This document shows positions 31,625 to 42,857 of a stretch of 64,000 nt of DNA, one piece after another. The notes beneath the pieces were generated by a model. The model was not told the DNA's origin. It searched no databases and saw nothing but the letters and a program-made list of their open reading frames with translations. Numbering within the stretch: the first letter of the stretch is position 1; the number at the start of each line of letters is the position of its first letter. Position numbers and translations under genes: made by a program. The DNA is from Armatimonadota bacterium (GTDB taxonomy: Bacteria > Armatimonadota > UBA5829 > DTLH01), in NCBI GenBank assembly GCA_039679675.1, contig JBDKUN010000065.1:1-64000 (forward strand), in the 5' to 3' direction.

Positions 31625-33145
31625 GTGAGTTACCTTTTGGGAATAGACGTCGGCACCAGTGGTGTAAAAGCTCTGCTGGTCGATCCGACGATGGATGGGC
31701 TTATAGCAGGCTCCGCAACAAAAACTTATCCTCTCTTCACGCCGAACCCCCTGTGGGCGGAGCAAAACCCCGAAGATTGGTGGAATGCCACCCTTGCCGC
31801 AGTCGGCGACATAATGCAGAGCACGGGTATCTCGGGCAAAGACATCAAAGGCATCGGACTGAGCGGCCAGATGCATGGAGCAGTGTTTCTTGATGAAACA
31901 AGCCAGGTCATCCGGCCATGCATTCTGTGGTGCGACCAGCGGACAGCGGCTGAGTGCGACTGGATCACTGAGAAAATCGGCCATGAGCGTATAATCGAGC
32001 TTATCAGCAACCCTGTACTTACTGGGTTCACTGCCGGAAAGATCATCTGGCTGCGAAACAACGAACCTGAAGCATATTCCCACGTCAAAAAGGTCCTGCT
32101 GCCAAAGGATTACATACGCCTCATGCTCACAGGCGAGTATGCGACTGATGTCTCCGACGCATCCGGGACGGCCCTATTCAATGTAAGGGAACGAGCCTGG
32201 TCCGACGAGATGCTTGACACTCTCGATATTCCAAGAGAGTGGATGCCCCGCGCTTATGAGTCACCGGAGATAACCGGACGAATAACCGCCGAAGCTGCTG
32301 CTGTTTCTGGCCTCGAACCGGGCACGCCGGTCGTCGCAGGCGGCGGAGATAACGCCGCAAGCGCAGTTGGAAATGGGATAGTGGAACCGGGATTAGTCTT
32401 CTCATCGATCGGAACATCCGGCGTCGTCTTTGCTTACGCCGATGAGCCTGCCGTCGACCCGAAACTGCGCGTCCATACATTCTGCCATGCAGTCCCGGGC
32501 AAATGGCATGTGATGGGAGTAGTACTGTCTGCCGGAGGCAGCCTCAGATGGTATAAAGATGCTTTTTGCGAAGCCGAAAATGCAGTTGCCGGGCATACTA
32601 ATCGTGATACTTATGATATACTAGCAGAGGAAGCAGCTGGCGTCCCTCCCGGATGTGAAGGGCTCATCTTTTTGCCGTATTTGACCGGAGAGAGGACCCC
32701 TTATGCCGATCCTTATGCGCGCGGTGTCTTTTTCGGCATCACGCTCAGGCATAGCAAGCCGTATTTTGCACGAGCCGTGATGGAAGGTGTAAGCTATGCA
32801 ATGAGGGACTCTTTCGAGATTATGAAAGAGATGGGGGTTCCGCTGGCCCAGGTCCGTGCTACCGGCGGCGGAGCTAAAAGCGCGCTCTGGAGGCAGATAG
32901 AGGCCGATATTACCGGCAAGGAACATGTCACTGTCAATACCGGGGAAGGACCGGCGTTTGGAGCAGCGCTCCTCGCCGGAGTCGGAACAGGCGTTTATCC
33001 AAGTGTGACTCAGGCTTGCAAATCCGCCATTAGTGTGGAAAATTCTACTGAGCCAATTCAAAATAACATCCCGATATACGAGCGATACTACCGTGTTTAC
33101 CAGGATCTTTATAAATCGCTCAAGCCTGACTTCAGGCTGGTATAG
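31625..33145 (+). CDS. xylB: Xylulokinase (FGGY kinase)
   Basis: GIDVGTSG, GLSGQMHG, GGGDN, PYLTGERTP, GGGAKS. Confidence 0.93.
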   Translation: MSYLLGIDVGTSGVKALLVDPTMDGLIAGSATKTYPLFTPNPLWAEQNPEDWWNATLAAVGDIMQSTGISGKDIKGIGLSGQMHGAVFLDETSQVIRPCILWCDQRTAAECDWITEKIGHERIIELISNPVLTGFTAGKIIWLRNNEPEAYSHVKKVLLPKDYIRLMLTGEYATDVSDASGTALFNVRERAWSDEMLDTLDIPREWMPRAYESPEITGRITAEAAAVSGLEPGTPVVAGGGDNAASAVGNGIVEPGLVFSSIGTSGVVFAYADEPAVDPKLRVHTFCHAVPGKWHVMGVVLSAGGSLRWYKDAFCEAENAVAGHTNRDTYDILAEEAAGVPPGCEGLIFLPYLTGERTPYADPYARGVFFGITLRHSKPYFARAVMEGVSYAMRDSFEIMKEMGVPLAQVRATGGGAKSALWRQIEADITGKEHVTVNTGEGPAFGAALLAGVGTGVYPSVTQACKSAISVENSTEPIQNNIPIYERYYRVYQDLYKSLKPDFRLV

Positions 33146-33162
33146 GTTAGGAGATTTTGAAT

Positions 33163-33807
33163 ATGAAATTTTTCGTTGACACTGCCAATGTCGAAAATAT
33201 TCGCAAAGCCTGCTCCTGGGGTGTGGTTGACGGCGTAACAACCAACCCGACTCTCGTTGCTAAGGAAGGCCGCGACTTCAAGAAGACAATTCTCGAAATC
33301 TGCAGCATTATCAACGGCCCTGTGAGCGCAGAAGCGGTCAGTCTCGACGCTGAAGGTATGGTCCGGGAAGCACGAGAGATTGTAGAATGGCATGAAAACA
33401 TAGTCATAAAGATCCCCATGACAAAGGACGGCATGGTTGCGGTCCGCAAGCTATCAGACGAGGGAATTCGGACTAATGTAACGCTTATATTTTCTCTAAA
33501 CCAGGCGCTTATCGCCGCCAAAGCCGGAGCAACTTACATAAGCGTCTTTGTCGGTAGGCTCGATGACGTGGGACACGAAGGAATGGATGTGGTCCACGAC
33601 ACGGTTCAGATGCTGGACACGTATTCGTTCGATTCAGAAGTGATTGTGGCGAGCGTGCGCCATCCCCTTCATGTAGTCCAGGCGGCCAGAGTCGGCGCTC
33701 AGGTCTGCACGATCCCGTTTGCTGTGCTCGACCAGATGTTCAATCATCCATTAACGGATGTAGGGATAGAAAAGTTTTTGAAAGACTGGGAGTCGGTTCC
33801 CAAATAG
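33163..33807 (+). CDS. tal: Transaldolase/fructose-6-phosphate aldolase
   Basis: FVDTAN, GVTTNPT, IKIP, FVGRLDD, ASVRHP. Confidence 0.92.
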   Translation: MKFFVDTANVENIRKACSWGVVDGVTTNPTLVAKEGRDFKKTILEICSIINGPVSAEAVSLDAEGMVREAREIVEWHENIVIKIPMTKDGMVAVRKLSDEGIRTNVTLIFSLNQALIAAKAGATYISVFVGRLDDVGHEGMDVVHDTVQMLDTYSFDSEVIVASVRHPLHVVQAARVGAQVCTIPFAVLDQMFNHPLTDVGIEKFLKDWESVPK

Positions 33808-33872
33808 ATTCAAAACATTACTCACCGGCCTTACATGCCAGTAGCCGGTCTGAAATTCAAAGGTGAATCAGA

Positions 33873-34985
33873 GTGATTATTGGAATTCCGAAAGAAATCA
33901 AAGTAGAAGAGGACCGCGTAGCCGCGGTTCCGGCAATCGTGGAGTCGCTTGTGCGCTCCGGTCATGAAGTCATTGTAGAGACCTGCGCGGGATGCGGTAT
34001 CGGCCTCACCGATGACGATTATAAGGACGCAGGCGCAAAGATTGCGGCAACCGCGGCGGAAGTATACGCTGCCGCCGATATGATCGTAAAGGTAAAAGAG
34101 CCTCTCCCCAAGGAGTATGGGCTTATCAAGAACGGTCAGGTGCTGTTTACGTATTTCCATCTTGCAGCAGACCAGGAATTGACCAAGGCGATGATGGACA
34201 GCGGCGCCGTCTGCATAGCCTACGAGACGATAGAGGCCCCTGACGGTTCTCTGCCGCTTCTTACCCCTATGAGTGAAGTCGCGGGCAGAATGGCGGTCCA
34301 GGAGGGTGCAAAATACCTCGAACATCCGATGGGTGGCAAAGGCGTTCTGCTCGGAGGAGTTCCCGGCGTAGCACCAGCTAATGTGGTAGTTATCGGCGGC
34401 GGTATCGCAGGCACAAGCGCAGCGAAGATCGCAGCCGGTATGGGCGCTAACGTCATAGTAATCGACATAAACATAGACAGACTCAGGTATCTCGACGAAA
34501 TACTGCCGGCAAATGTTCAGACTCTTATGTCCAACAGCTACAACATCCGCTCCGCAGTGAAGAATGCCGATCTCGTGATCGGCTCGGTGTTGAGGCATGG
34601 AGCAAAAACACCTGTTCTCGTAACCCGCGATATGCTGAAGCTTATGAAGCCGAAGTCCGTGATCGTCGATATCGCAGTCGACCAGGGCGGATGTTTCGAG
34701 ACAACACATCCGACTACCCATACCGATCCGACTTTCGTCGAAGAGGGTATTATACACTACTGCGTAGCCAACATGCCCGGTGCAGTAGCACACACATCGA
34801 CATATGCGCTCACGAATGCGACTGCTCCTTATATCCTGCAGCTTGCAAACAAGGGTTGGAAGCAGGCGCTCAAGGACAATCCCGGACTGCTCAAGGGGCT
34901 TAACGCCGCTTACGGTAAACTGACCATATCCGCCGTTGCAGAGCTTTTTGGTCTTAAGGCATATTCACCCGAATCTGTGATGTAA
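33873..34985 (+). CDS. ald: Alanine dehydrogenase
   Basis: IGIPKEIK..EDRVA, KVKEP, YFHLAA, PMSEVAG, DQGGCFET, YCVANMPGAV. Confidence 0.97.
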   Translation: MIIGIPKEIKVEEDRVAAVPAIVESLVRSGHEVIVETCAGCGIGLTDDDYKDAGAKIAATAAEVYAAADMIVKVKEPLPKEYGLIKNGQVLFTYFHLAADQELTKAMMDSGAVCIAYETIEAPDGSLPLLTPMSEVAGRMAVQEGAKYLEHPMGGKGVLLGGVPGVAPANVVVIGGGIAGTSAAKIAAGMGANVIVIDINIDRLRYLDEILPANVQTLMSNSYNIRSAVKNADLVIGSVLRHGAKTPVLVTRDMLKLMKPKSVIVDIAVDQGGCFETTHPTTHTDPTFVEEGIIHYCVANMPGAVAHTSTYALTNATAPYILQLANKGWKQALKDNPGLLKGLNAAYGKLTISAVAELFGLKAYSPESVM

Positions 34986-35019
34986 TCGCAGTGCTTATTG
35001 TATTTTGGTTATAAATACT

Positions 35020-35047
35020 GAGGGCGGGGTTTAAACCCCGCCCTTTT
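35020..35047 (+). terminator. Hairpin terminator after ald
   Basis: AGGGCGGGG-TTTAAA-CCCCGCCCT-TTT. Confidence 0.7.
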
Positions 35048-35077
35048 CGTCCAAAACAGACTCTGAAAGGGAAAAAC

Positions 35078-36412
35078 ATGATACTTCGAGCACACGTCAT
35101 TGTACCTGTGACAGAAGACCCTATAGAAGGCGGGGAAATCTTTATTAAAAATGGCCGCATCGAGGCTATTGGCGAGGATTTATCAGCTTCTTTACCTGAT
35201 GAGCCTGTCGAGGATCTGGGCCATGCAGCAATACTCCCCGGCCTTGTGAATGCGCACACACATCTGGACTATACCGTTTTGAGAGGCATGGTGGATGATG
35301 AACCGTTCATGCCATGGATCAGGCGGTTGACCGACATCGGCAAGGAGATGCAGCAGGAAGACTTTCTTGCATCTGCCCGTCTGGGGCTTCTCCAACTCGT
35401 CCGCTCCGGTGTAACAGCCATAGGAGACTCCACATTCTCCGGAGCTGTCGTCGAAGCAGCCCGTGAGGCGGGGCTGAGAGGCATTGTATATCAGGAGACT
35501 TTCGGAGCTGACCCAACCCAGGACTACAAAGACCAGGTCGATCTGCTGGCTGAAAAAGTGACAGAACTCCGGGGTAATTCAGGAGACCGGATCACTATCG
35601 GAGTGTCACCGCATTCTGTTTACACTTCCAGTGAGCGGCTTCTCAGGCTGGTAGCCGACCTCGCACTCGACCAGGGGCTTCCTGTCGCTCTCCACGTCTC
35701 GGAAACACGCGATGAGGTTGTTCTGATCGAAAGCGCAGAAGGCCATATAGCTGATTTTTACAAGCTTTTCAGATTCGACTTTGAAGCTCGTGGTATGTCT
35801 CCTGTAGCTTATCTTCATGATATTGGGCTGCTCAACAGCAATACACTAGCAGCACACTGCGTCCACATCAATGATAATGACCTGGATATGCTCGCCGCGA
35901 GCGGCACTCGTGTCGCCCACTGTCCCAAGTCCAATGCAAAGCTCGCAGTAGGCACAGCACCGCTGGAATCGATAATCGAAAGGGGTATTCTGACGGGAAT
36001 CGGCACCGACAGCGCTGCAAGTAATAATGCGCTCGATATGTTCGAAGAAATGCGCTTTGCAGTACTTGCGCAGAGAGCCATCAATGAAGATGTGAACGCA
36101 TTGAATGCCAAACAGATACTCGAACTGGCTACGCTCGGCGGAGCAGCCGCGCTTGGTATGGATAGCGAGATTGGAAGTCTGGAACCTGGAAAACAAGCCG
36201 ACATAATAGCTGTCGATCTATCTTCCCCGGCGGTATTTCCGACTATAGACCCCTACTCCGCGCTGGTCTATTGCTGCTCGGCGTGCGATGTGATGATGAA
36301 TATGATAGGTGGAGAGATAATCTACCGGTCGGGACAATATTTTAAGGTCGATGCGGATGAAATCAACCGGCAGGCGTCGCTTACGGCAGCGAAGATCGCG
36401 CCAGTTGGGTAA
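35078..36412 (+). CDS. Amidohydrolase, MTA/SAH deaminase-like
   Basis: PGLVNAHTH, SPHS, HVSET, AHCVH, HCPKSN, GTDSAASNN. Confidence 0.88.
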   Translation: MILRAHVIVPVTEDPIEGGEIFIKNGRIEAIGEDLSASLPDEPVEDLGHAAILPGLVNAHTHLDYTVLRGMVDDEPFMPWIRRLTDIGKEMQQEDFLASARLGLLQLVRSGVTAIGDSTFSGAVVEAAREAGLRGIVYQETFGADPTQDYKDQVDLLAEKVTELRGNSGDRITIGVSPHSVYTSSERLLRLVADLALDQGLPVALHVSETRDEVVLIESAEGHIADFYKLFRFDFEARGMSPVAYLHDIGLLNSNTLAAHCVHINDNDLDMLAASGTRVAHCPKSNAKLAVGTAPLESIIERGILTGIGTDSAASNNALDMFEEMRFAVLAQRAINEDVNALNAKQILELATLGGAAALGMDSEIGSLEPGKQADIIAVDLSSPAVFPTIDPYSALVYCCSACDVMMNMIGGEIIYRSGQYFKVDADEINRQASLTAAKIAPVG

Positions 36413-36456
36413 GATTGTGTTGGCGGCGATCATAAACCTGTAAAAGAGGATAAGAT

Positions 36457-37185
36457 ATGGCTTTCTCAAAAGAGCAAATGGCAAAAATGATGGATTACAC
36501 ACTGCTCAAGCCGACGGCAACCAGAGATGATGTGCTCAACTTCTGCGAACAGGCGAAAGAGCATCATTTCGCAACTGTTGTCGTGTTTCCGTTCTGGCTT
36601 CCGGTCGTGGCGCGTGAACTCTCTGGGACTGACGTAAAACCTGCGACTGTGATAGGCTTCCCTTACGGTGCAAACGGCCGCGCGGTCAAGCTCTACGAGA
36701 TGCGCGCAGCGGTAACGAACGGCGCATCCGAAATAGATGTCGTAATGAATATATCCGCCCTCAAGTCCGGCGAGATCAGCATAGTAGAAAGGGAAATAAC
36801 GGAACTGGTGGATACGACCAGGGCGCTCGGAATGACGGAAGATGCAAAGCGCGTTCTCATCAAGATAATCATCGAGGCTTATTACCTTACCGATGATGAA
36901 AAACGGATCGCCTGCCAGATCATCCAGAACGCCGGCGCGGACTTCGTCAAGACATCGACGGGAACCGCTCCCGGCGGCGCTACCATAGAGGACATACGGC
37001 TGATACGGGATGTCGTAGGCCCAAGTATGGGTGTGAAAGCTGCCGGAGGCATAAGGACTCCCGCGCAGGCGGTAGCAATGCTCGATGCAGGCGCAAACAG
37101 GATCGGTACGAGCGCAGCAGTCGATATAGTTGAAGCTTATCGTCCCGAAGACTTTATGCAGTCGGCCGAAAGACGCCGGAGGTAG
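36457..37185 (+). CDS. deoC: Deoxyribose-phosphate aldolase
   Basis: TLLKP, VIGFPYG, DFVKTSTG, VKAAGGIR, RIGTS. Confidence 0.96.
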   Translation: MAFSKEQMAKMMDYTLLKPTATRDDVLNFCEQAKEHHFATVVVFPFWLPVVARELSGTDVKPATVIGFPYGANGRAVKLYEMRAAVTNGASEIDVVMNISALKSGEISIVEREITELVDTTRALGMTEDAKRVLIKIIIEAYYLTDDEKRIACQIIQNAGADFVKTSTGTAPGGATIEDIRLIRDVVGPSMGVKAAGGIRTPAQAVAMLDAGANRIGTSAAVDIVEAYRPEDFMQSAERRRR

Positions 37186-37194
37186 GCATATTTA

Positions 37195-37971
37195 ATGGAA
37201 TCGCCAAGGACCTACCGCGCGACGGCAATCGTGCTTCGCCGCATAAATATCGGGGAAACGGACAGAGTCATTACTCTTTACACGCGAGAGAAAGGAAAGC
37301 TCTCTGCGGTTGCCAAAGGCGCAAGAAAGCACTTGAGCAAGCTGGCCGGTCCGACCGAAATGTTCACCTATGGCCGGTATTTTCTCGCTGCAGGACGCGA
37401 TCTCGATATAATCACCCAGGCTGAGGCAAAAGAGTCCTTCCCCGCCATCCGCCGGGACCTAGACCGAATAGCCCATGCAACCTACATGGCTGAGATGATA
37501 AATGCCTTTGTCGAAGAACGGGATGCCAACTACGGGCTTTTCGACACACTGCTTTCGTCTCTCTATCTTCTCGAAAGTGAAATCGATCCAACGATAGTTG
37601 CTCGGCATTTCGAGCTGAAGATGATGTCTATGATGGGCTACAGGCCTGAGCTGGACAGGTGCTTAAGGTGTGATGCGGAACCCTCCGGCGATGGGATCGA
37701 CTTCAGTCCATCCCTCGGTGGGAGAGTCTGTGCAGAATGCGGACCGATACCGGACGACGCCATACATATGAGCGAGGAAGCAGCCCAGGCTATGCGCACA
37801 CTGCTCACAGCTGAACCACGGATGCTGAGAAACCTTGATTTTTCTGATGAAGTGAGGAAAGAGCTTTTCAGAGCGATCCGGAGGTATGTCCGCTACAGAA
37901 CCGACCGCGAACTGAAGAGTTCGGAATTCATCCAGGCGTTAGCGCTTATGGGAACCGAGAGCGATCAGTAG
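37195..37971 (+). CDS. recO: DNA repair protein RecO
   Basis: AIVLRR..GETDRVITLYT..GK..AKGARK; CLRC..CAEC zinc finger. Confidence 0.95.
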   Translation: MESPRTYRATAIVLRRINIGETDRVITLYTREKGKLSAVAKGARKHLSKLAGPTEMFTYGRYFLAAGRDLDIITQAEAKESFPAIRRDLDRIAHATYMAEMINAFVEERDANYGLFDTLLSSLYLLESEIDPTIVARHFELKMMSMMGYRPELDRCLRCDAEPSGDGIDFSPSLGGRVCAECGPIPDDAIHMSEEAAQAMRTLLTAEPRMLRNLDFSDEVRKELFRAIRRYVRYRTDRELKSSEFIQALALMGTESDQ

Positions 37972-38008
37972 CAGGTTCTATTGTTTCAGAACGCTGAGTG
38001 TAATCATT

Positions 38009-38047
38009 AAAAAGGGCGAAGGAGTTGATTTCCTTCGCCCTTTATTT
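38009..38047. terminator. Bidirectional terminator between recO and hppA
   Basis: AAAAGGGCGAAGGA..TCCTTCGCCCTTTATTT. Confidence 0.8.
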
Positions 38048-38070
38048 TAGCTTAACTCTTTTGATATGGA

Positions 38071-40530
38071 TTAAGCGTTAACTTTCTCTTTCTCGCCCTT
38101 GCAGCAGCAGCAATCCGATGACTTTGGCCCATCGGTTGTGCCAGCGTCAATTCCACCGCGTTTGCTCCACATGGTCGCACCGATAAGCGCAAGAGCAGCA
38201 GCCACAACAATTACTGTTCTTGTGGCTATTCCCAGCGATGGCTGTATGACTATCGGGGCAAGAAGAATCGCAACAAGGTTCATAACCTTGATGAGCGGGT
38301 TCAACGCAGGACCGGCTGTATCCTTGAAAGGATCACCAACTGTGTCGCCCACGACTGTGGCTTTATGCTCTTCGGTACCTTTACCTCCGAACATACCGTC
38401 TTCGATCTTCTTCTTTGCGTTGTCCCAAAGTCCACCAGCGTTTGAAAGCAAAACTGCCATCAACTGGCCGGAAAGGATCGAACCGGCAAGGAATCCGCCG
38501 AGTGCGGCTGCGCCCTTGATCGGATCGCCATAGCCAAGACCGAAACCTACAAAAATCGGCGCTGTAACAGCCAATACTGCAGGGCTCAGAAGCTCCTTCT
38601 GAGCAGCAGCGGTCGAGATAGCAACGCAGCGCTGATAATCAGGCATGCCTTTTTCGGAACCGCTTCGAGGATCATAGTCCATAATGCCCTTGATCTCTCT
38701 GAACTGGCGGCGGACTTCTTCAACAAGCTGGAAGGCCGCACGGTTTACCGCGTTTATAGCGAATGAACAGAAGAGGAACGGCACCGCGCCTCCGATCAGG
38801 AGACCGATGAATACCTCTGTCCAGTCCACACGAATACCGATATTGAGAATCTGGGCATCTGCCATAAACGATCTGAAGAGCGATGTGGCCGCGATAACGG
38901 CTGTAGCAATCGCGAGACCCTTTGTAAGAGCCTTTGTGGTGTTACCTACCGCGTCGAGCTTGGCAACGATCTTGTTAGCGTTGCTGTCCTCTCCCTCGTC
39001 CTTCAGAGCACCGGACATCTCGAAGATTCCGTTTGCGTTGTCAGAAATCGGTCCGTAGGTGTCCATTGCAAGCATAAAGCCTGTGGTAGCCAGAAGTCCG
39101 AGACCGGAGAGAGCGATTCCGTATGCTGCCATGGCAGGATTGTTAGGGAAGAGAAGCATTGCGGCAAGGATACTTGCACATATTGCGATGATTCCCCAAA
39201 CGCTCGACTCAAGGCCTGAAGCAAATCCACTCAAAATAACGGTAGCTGGACCGGTCTTTGCAGACTTTGCCGCTTCCGTAACAGGTTTCTTATCGATAGC
39301 AGTGAAATGCTCGGTAATCTTGCCGATCACAAGTGCAAGGATAATACCGACGAGGTTTGCAGCCGCAAATCTCCACCACTCAAATCCCGGAATCGGAACT
39401 TTTGTAAAGATATAGTTGGAAACAACAAAAAATCCAACCGTTGCGAGAAGAGCAGAGATCTGGAAGCCCTTGTTAATCGGCTTCATCGGGTCCATGCTCA
39501 TGTCATCTTTGCCTCTTACTGAATAGATACCGATAATGGACGCAACAACGCCTACGGCCCTGATAATAAGAGGATAAACGACCAGTGCAAGTCCTGCGGC
39601 ACCAAGGTGAAGCATGTTAGCAGCGGCAGCACCAAGGATGATCGCAGCAACCAGCGTTACTTCGTAGCTCTCGAACACGTCTGCAGCCATACCGGCGCAG
39701 TCACCAACGTTGTCTCCGACATTATCAGCAATCGTAGCTGCATTTCGGGGATCGTCCTCAGGTATGCCCTGCTCGACTTTTCCGACGAGGTCAGCGCCTA
39801 CGTCAGCAGCCTTCGTATAGATACCACCACCGATCCTCATAAAGAGTGCGGCGAGACATCCGCCGAAACCGAAACCGATAAGGACCTTCATCGACTGATT
39901 GCCGAAGAGGAAGAACACAAAACATGCGCCGAGGAGCCCAAGACCCACTGTCGCCATACCGGAAACGCCGCCTGCGCGGAACGCGATATAAAGCGCCTTC
40001 TTGAAGCTGCTCAGAGCTGCATTTGCAACACGGACGTTGGCTCTTACAGCCATCATCATGCCGACATAACCGGCAATGTAGGAAGCAGCTACGCCAAGTA
40101 CAAATGCGAACGCAACGCCCATATAAATCGGCATCGCGCACCCTGGATAGCTGCCGAACCCTGGCACATTCCTGTAAAGGAAGAACAGGCCGATAGCTAT
40201 AACGATGACAAACCATACCATCGTCTTTACCTGACGCTTCAGGTATGCCTTAGCTCCTTCCTGAACGGCATGGGAAACAGAGACCATTCCCTTTGAGCCG
40301 GGGTCTTCCTTCATAATGCGTAAACACCATATGATTCCAAAGGCCAATCCGATGAGAGCGCATACAAGCACTATCTTAATTGATGGCCACATCATATCGA
40401 GCTCATTAAAATTAGGAAGCTCGATAGCTTCGCTGGCCCAAGACACGCCCGGCAGCGCCAAGAGTGCCAGTGCGCTCATCCCGATAATCATCGAGAGGCG
40501 TTTAACCAGCCCTTTTCGTGCAGTTCGCAA
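38071..40530 (-). CDS. hppA: Membrane H+-translocating pyrophosphatase, K+-independent type
   Basis: GGGIYTKAADVGADLVGK, DNVGDNVGD, GDTVGDPFKDTAGP; GNTTKA has Lys at the K+-dependence position; TTG start after GGAGGAGG. Confidence 0.95.
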   Translation of the reverse strand: MRTARKGLVKRLSMIIGMSALALLALPGVSWASEAIELPNFNELDMMWPSIKIVLVCALIGLAFGIIWCLRIMKEDPGSKGMVSVSHAVQEGAKAYLKRQVKTMVWFVIVIAIGLFFLYRNVPGFGSYPGCAMPIYMGVAFAFVLGVAASYIAGYVGMMMAVRANVRVANAALSSFKKALYIAFRAGGVSGMATVGLGLLGACFVFFLFGNQSMKVLIGFGFGGCLAALFMRIGGGIYTKAADVGADLVGKVEQGIPEDDPRNAATIADNVGDNVGDCAGMAADVFESYEVTLVAAIILGAAAANMLHLGAAGLALVVYPLIIRAVGVVASIIGIYSVRGKDDMSMDPMKPINKGFQISALLATVGFFVVSNYIFTKVPIPGFEWWRFAAANLVGIILALVIGKITEHFTAIDKKPVTEAAKSAKTGPATVILSGFASGLESSVWGIIAICASILAAMLLFPNNPAMAAYGIALSGLGLLATTGFMLAMDTYGPISDNANGIFEMSGALKDEGEDSNANKIVAKLDAVGNTTKALTKGLAIATAVIAATSLFRSFMADAQILNIGIRVDWTEVFIGLLIGGAVPFLFCSFAINAVNRAAFQLVEEVRRQFREIKGIMDYDPRSGSEKGMPDYQRCVAISTAAAQKELLSPAVLAVTAPIFVGFGLGYGDPIKGAAALGGFLAGSILSGQLMAVLLSNAGGLWDNAKKKIEDGMFGGKGTEEHKATVVGDTVGDPFKDTAGPALNPLIKVMNLVAILLAPIVIQPSLGIATRTVIVVAAALALIGATMWSKRGGIDAGTTDGPKSSDCCCCKGEKEKVNA

Positions 40531-40753
40531 CGTTAACCTCCTCCAAATACTCGTGGCCATCAATGGCCACACGAATAAAATGCCGCGCGTTATCTACAGC
40601 AACGCTGCGGCAACTTAGCGAATCATTCGCCTATAAACCAACGAAATTATATGCCTCTGCAACTGTTTATGTCAATCTCAACCACTCATCACTTCTTACA
40701 AAGAAGGTTCTTTGGCGAACAAGATCGAAGTTTTTACTATGAAAGGGATCAAT

Positions 40754-41692
40754 ATGGACAAAGTATCATATAACGGCTGGCCTAACTGCGTCAGAATATC
40801 CAACGGCAGTGTTGAGCTTATAATCACCACCGATGTCGGGCCGAGAATTATCCGGTACGGGTTTATTGGTCAAGAAAACGAGCTTTATGAGTTTTCTGAC
40901 CAAGCCGGAAAGACAGGCGGAGATGAGTTCAGGCTGTACGGCGGGCACCGGCTTTGGCTTGCCCCCGAAAAGAAAGACCTTACCTACTTCCCGGATAACT
41001 CCACAGTAGATTACGAAACAGATAACGACACGCTGAGGTTGATTCCGCGTATCGAGGACACTACAGGCGTTCAAAAAGAACTGCTTATTACCCTTAATCA
41101 GGATGACGGCAGCGTCAAAATGGTGCATAAAGTTACCAACCGCTCCAGCCGCAGCATTGAGCTGGCTCCATGGTCTATCTCAATGATGGCGCCGGGCGGT
41201 TTCGGGATTATTCCGCAGGAGCCTTATTCACCGCATCCCGACATACCGGATTACCCCGGCCAGGTCATAGACACTAAATACTATCTGCCTGTCAGAACGA
41301 TGGTGTTGTGGTCATATACCAATCTGAGCGACCACCGGCTGCAGTTCATGCCTAAGTACATCACACTTAAGCAGGACAAAAACACCACACGACCGATCAA
41401 GCTAGGGCTGAGCAACTCACTGAAATGGGCCGCATATGCCAGGAACAGACATTTGTTCATCAAGACGTTCCCATATGACTCGGAAGCAGCCTACCCGGAC
41501 AACGGATGCAATTTCGAGATATTCACAGACAACAAATTTATGGAAATCGAGAGTCTTGGCGCGCTTGGAACATTACCTGCCGGTAAAAGCGTCATTCATG
41601 AGGAAGACTGGTTACTTTTTGATAATGTTGATGTTGACCAGACAGAAGAAAGCATCGACGCGAGCGTGCTCCCTAAGGTTTTTGCTGATTAA
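40754..41692 (+). CDS. Hypothetical protein, galactose-mutarotase-like (DUF4380-like)
   Basis: DVGPRII, YGGHRLWLAPE, EIESLG pattern; start uncertain. Confidence 0.7.
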   Translation: MDKVSYNGWPNCVRISNGSVELIITTDVGPRIIRYGFIGQENELYEFSDQAGKTGGDEFRLYGGHRLWLAPEKKDLTYFPDNSTVDYETDNDTLRLIPRIEDTTGVQKELLITLNQDDGSVKMVHKVTNRSSRSIELAPWSISMMAPGGFGIIPQEPYSPHPDIPDYPGQVIDTKYYLPVRTMVLWSYTNLSDHRLQFMPKYITLKQDKNTTRPIKLGLSNSLKWAAYARNRHLFIKTFPYDSEAAYPDNGCNFEIFTDNKFMEIESLGALGTLPAGKSVIHEEDWLLFDNVDVDQTEESIDASVLPKVFAD

Positions 41693-41793
41693 TGAGAGCG
41701 AATGCTACAATAACTTAGTATTTAGGCGTCTATTATCCATGGGCAAGATTCTGCCCTAACTTTGTCGTTGTTGAAAGGAGACGTGTACTGAGC

Positions 41794-42795
41794 ATGTCAC
41801 GTAGAAATATTTACTCATATATACTGGCCTTCTTTTTTGTCGCGCTTTTCTTTGCGATATCTTCAACCTGCGCCCGATCTGCAGGGCTGATAGAGGACAA
41901 ACAACCAACATGGTCGCCGGACGGCAAGAGGATTGCATTCGTCTCCAACAGGCTTCTGCCCGAAAATGCACCCGAAGGGTCTTCCAACATATGGGTGGCC
42001 GATGCCGACGGCAGCAATTTGCAGCAGATCACGTATCAGGGAGCAAATCAGTTTCCGTCATGGTCACCGGACGGCAAAAAGATCATCTTCCAGAGCGGAA
42101 AGTCTATATGGCTGGTCGAGATCAGCACAAAACAGTTCACGCAGCTTACGAGTGGAGACAGAGGCTGGTATACCCCTGATTGGCATCCTAAAGACATAGG
42201 AAAAGTTATCTGTTCCTACCAGACACAGATCAGCAGCGACAACGACCTCGCGGTTATAAACCCATTGACTATCCTTACACGCGAATCGGGCGCGCAGACT
42301 GTTCGTGACAGATACGGTGACGACAATATGCCCCGCTGGTCAAAAGACGGCACGAAGATTGCGTTCATCGGCAAAACATCGGACCTATCTACCGGGACAG
42401 ATAATTTCTACCTTATGACGATCAGCGCGGATGGGACAACACTAAAAACACACTGCAAACTCGACAAACCAAGCGGGCGCCCGTCCTGGTTCTATTCGGG
42501 TGACTCTGTTGTCCTCGATAACGGCGTAGTCTGTGACCTCGCCACCGGCAAGACGCACGATCTATTCGAAGATAAGATCAGTGACCCTGATCTATCCCCG
42601 GATGGCCGTATGGTAGCCTACAGCCAGACTGTAGATGACGGTGGAAATTTTATATTCACCCGCAAATTGAGCGGTGAGGACAAAAAGCAGATAACAACAG
42701 TGCCGCCAGAGCCCGTCAAACCGGCTGAGCCAGCCAAACCTGCCGAGCCGTCTGTGAAGGACCAGCCTGAACCGGCTGTAAAAGATGCGAAGTAG
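41794..42795 (+). CDS. TolB-like beta-propeller (PD40 repeats), secreted
   Basis: Repeated PxWSPDGKxIxF; Pro/Ala/Glu/Lys-rich tail. Confidence 0.88.
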   Translation: MSRRNIYSYILAFFFVALFFAISSTCARSAGLIEDKQPTWSPDGKRIAFVSNRLLPENAPEGSSNIWVADADGSNLQQITYQGANQFPSWSPDGKKIIFQSGKSIWLVEISTKQFTQLTSGDRGWYTPDWHPKDIGKVICSYQTQISSDNDLAVINPLTILTRESGAQTVRDRYGDDNMPRWSKDGTKIAFIGKTSDLSTGTDNFYLMTISADGTTLKTHCKLDKPSGRPSWFYSGDSVVLDNGVVCDLATGKTHDLFEDKISDPDLSPDGRMVAYSQTVDDGGNFIFTRKLSGEDKKQITTVPPEPVKPAEPAKPAEPSVKDQPEPAVKDAK

Positions 42796-42857
42796 CTTTT
42801 AGTTTCAGAGTGTTGAATCGCGAGATGCGCGAAGAAGCACGAAAGACGCGAAAATGG

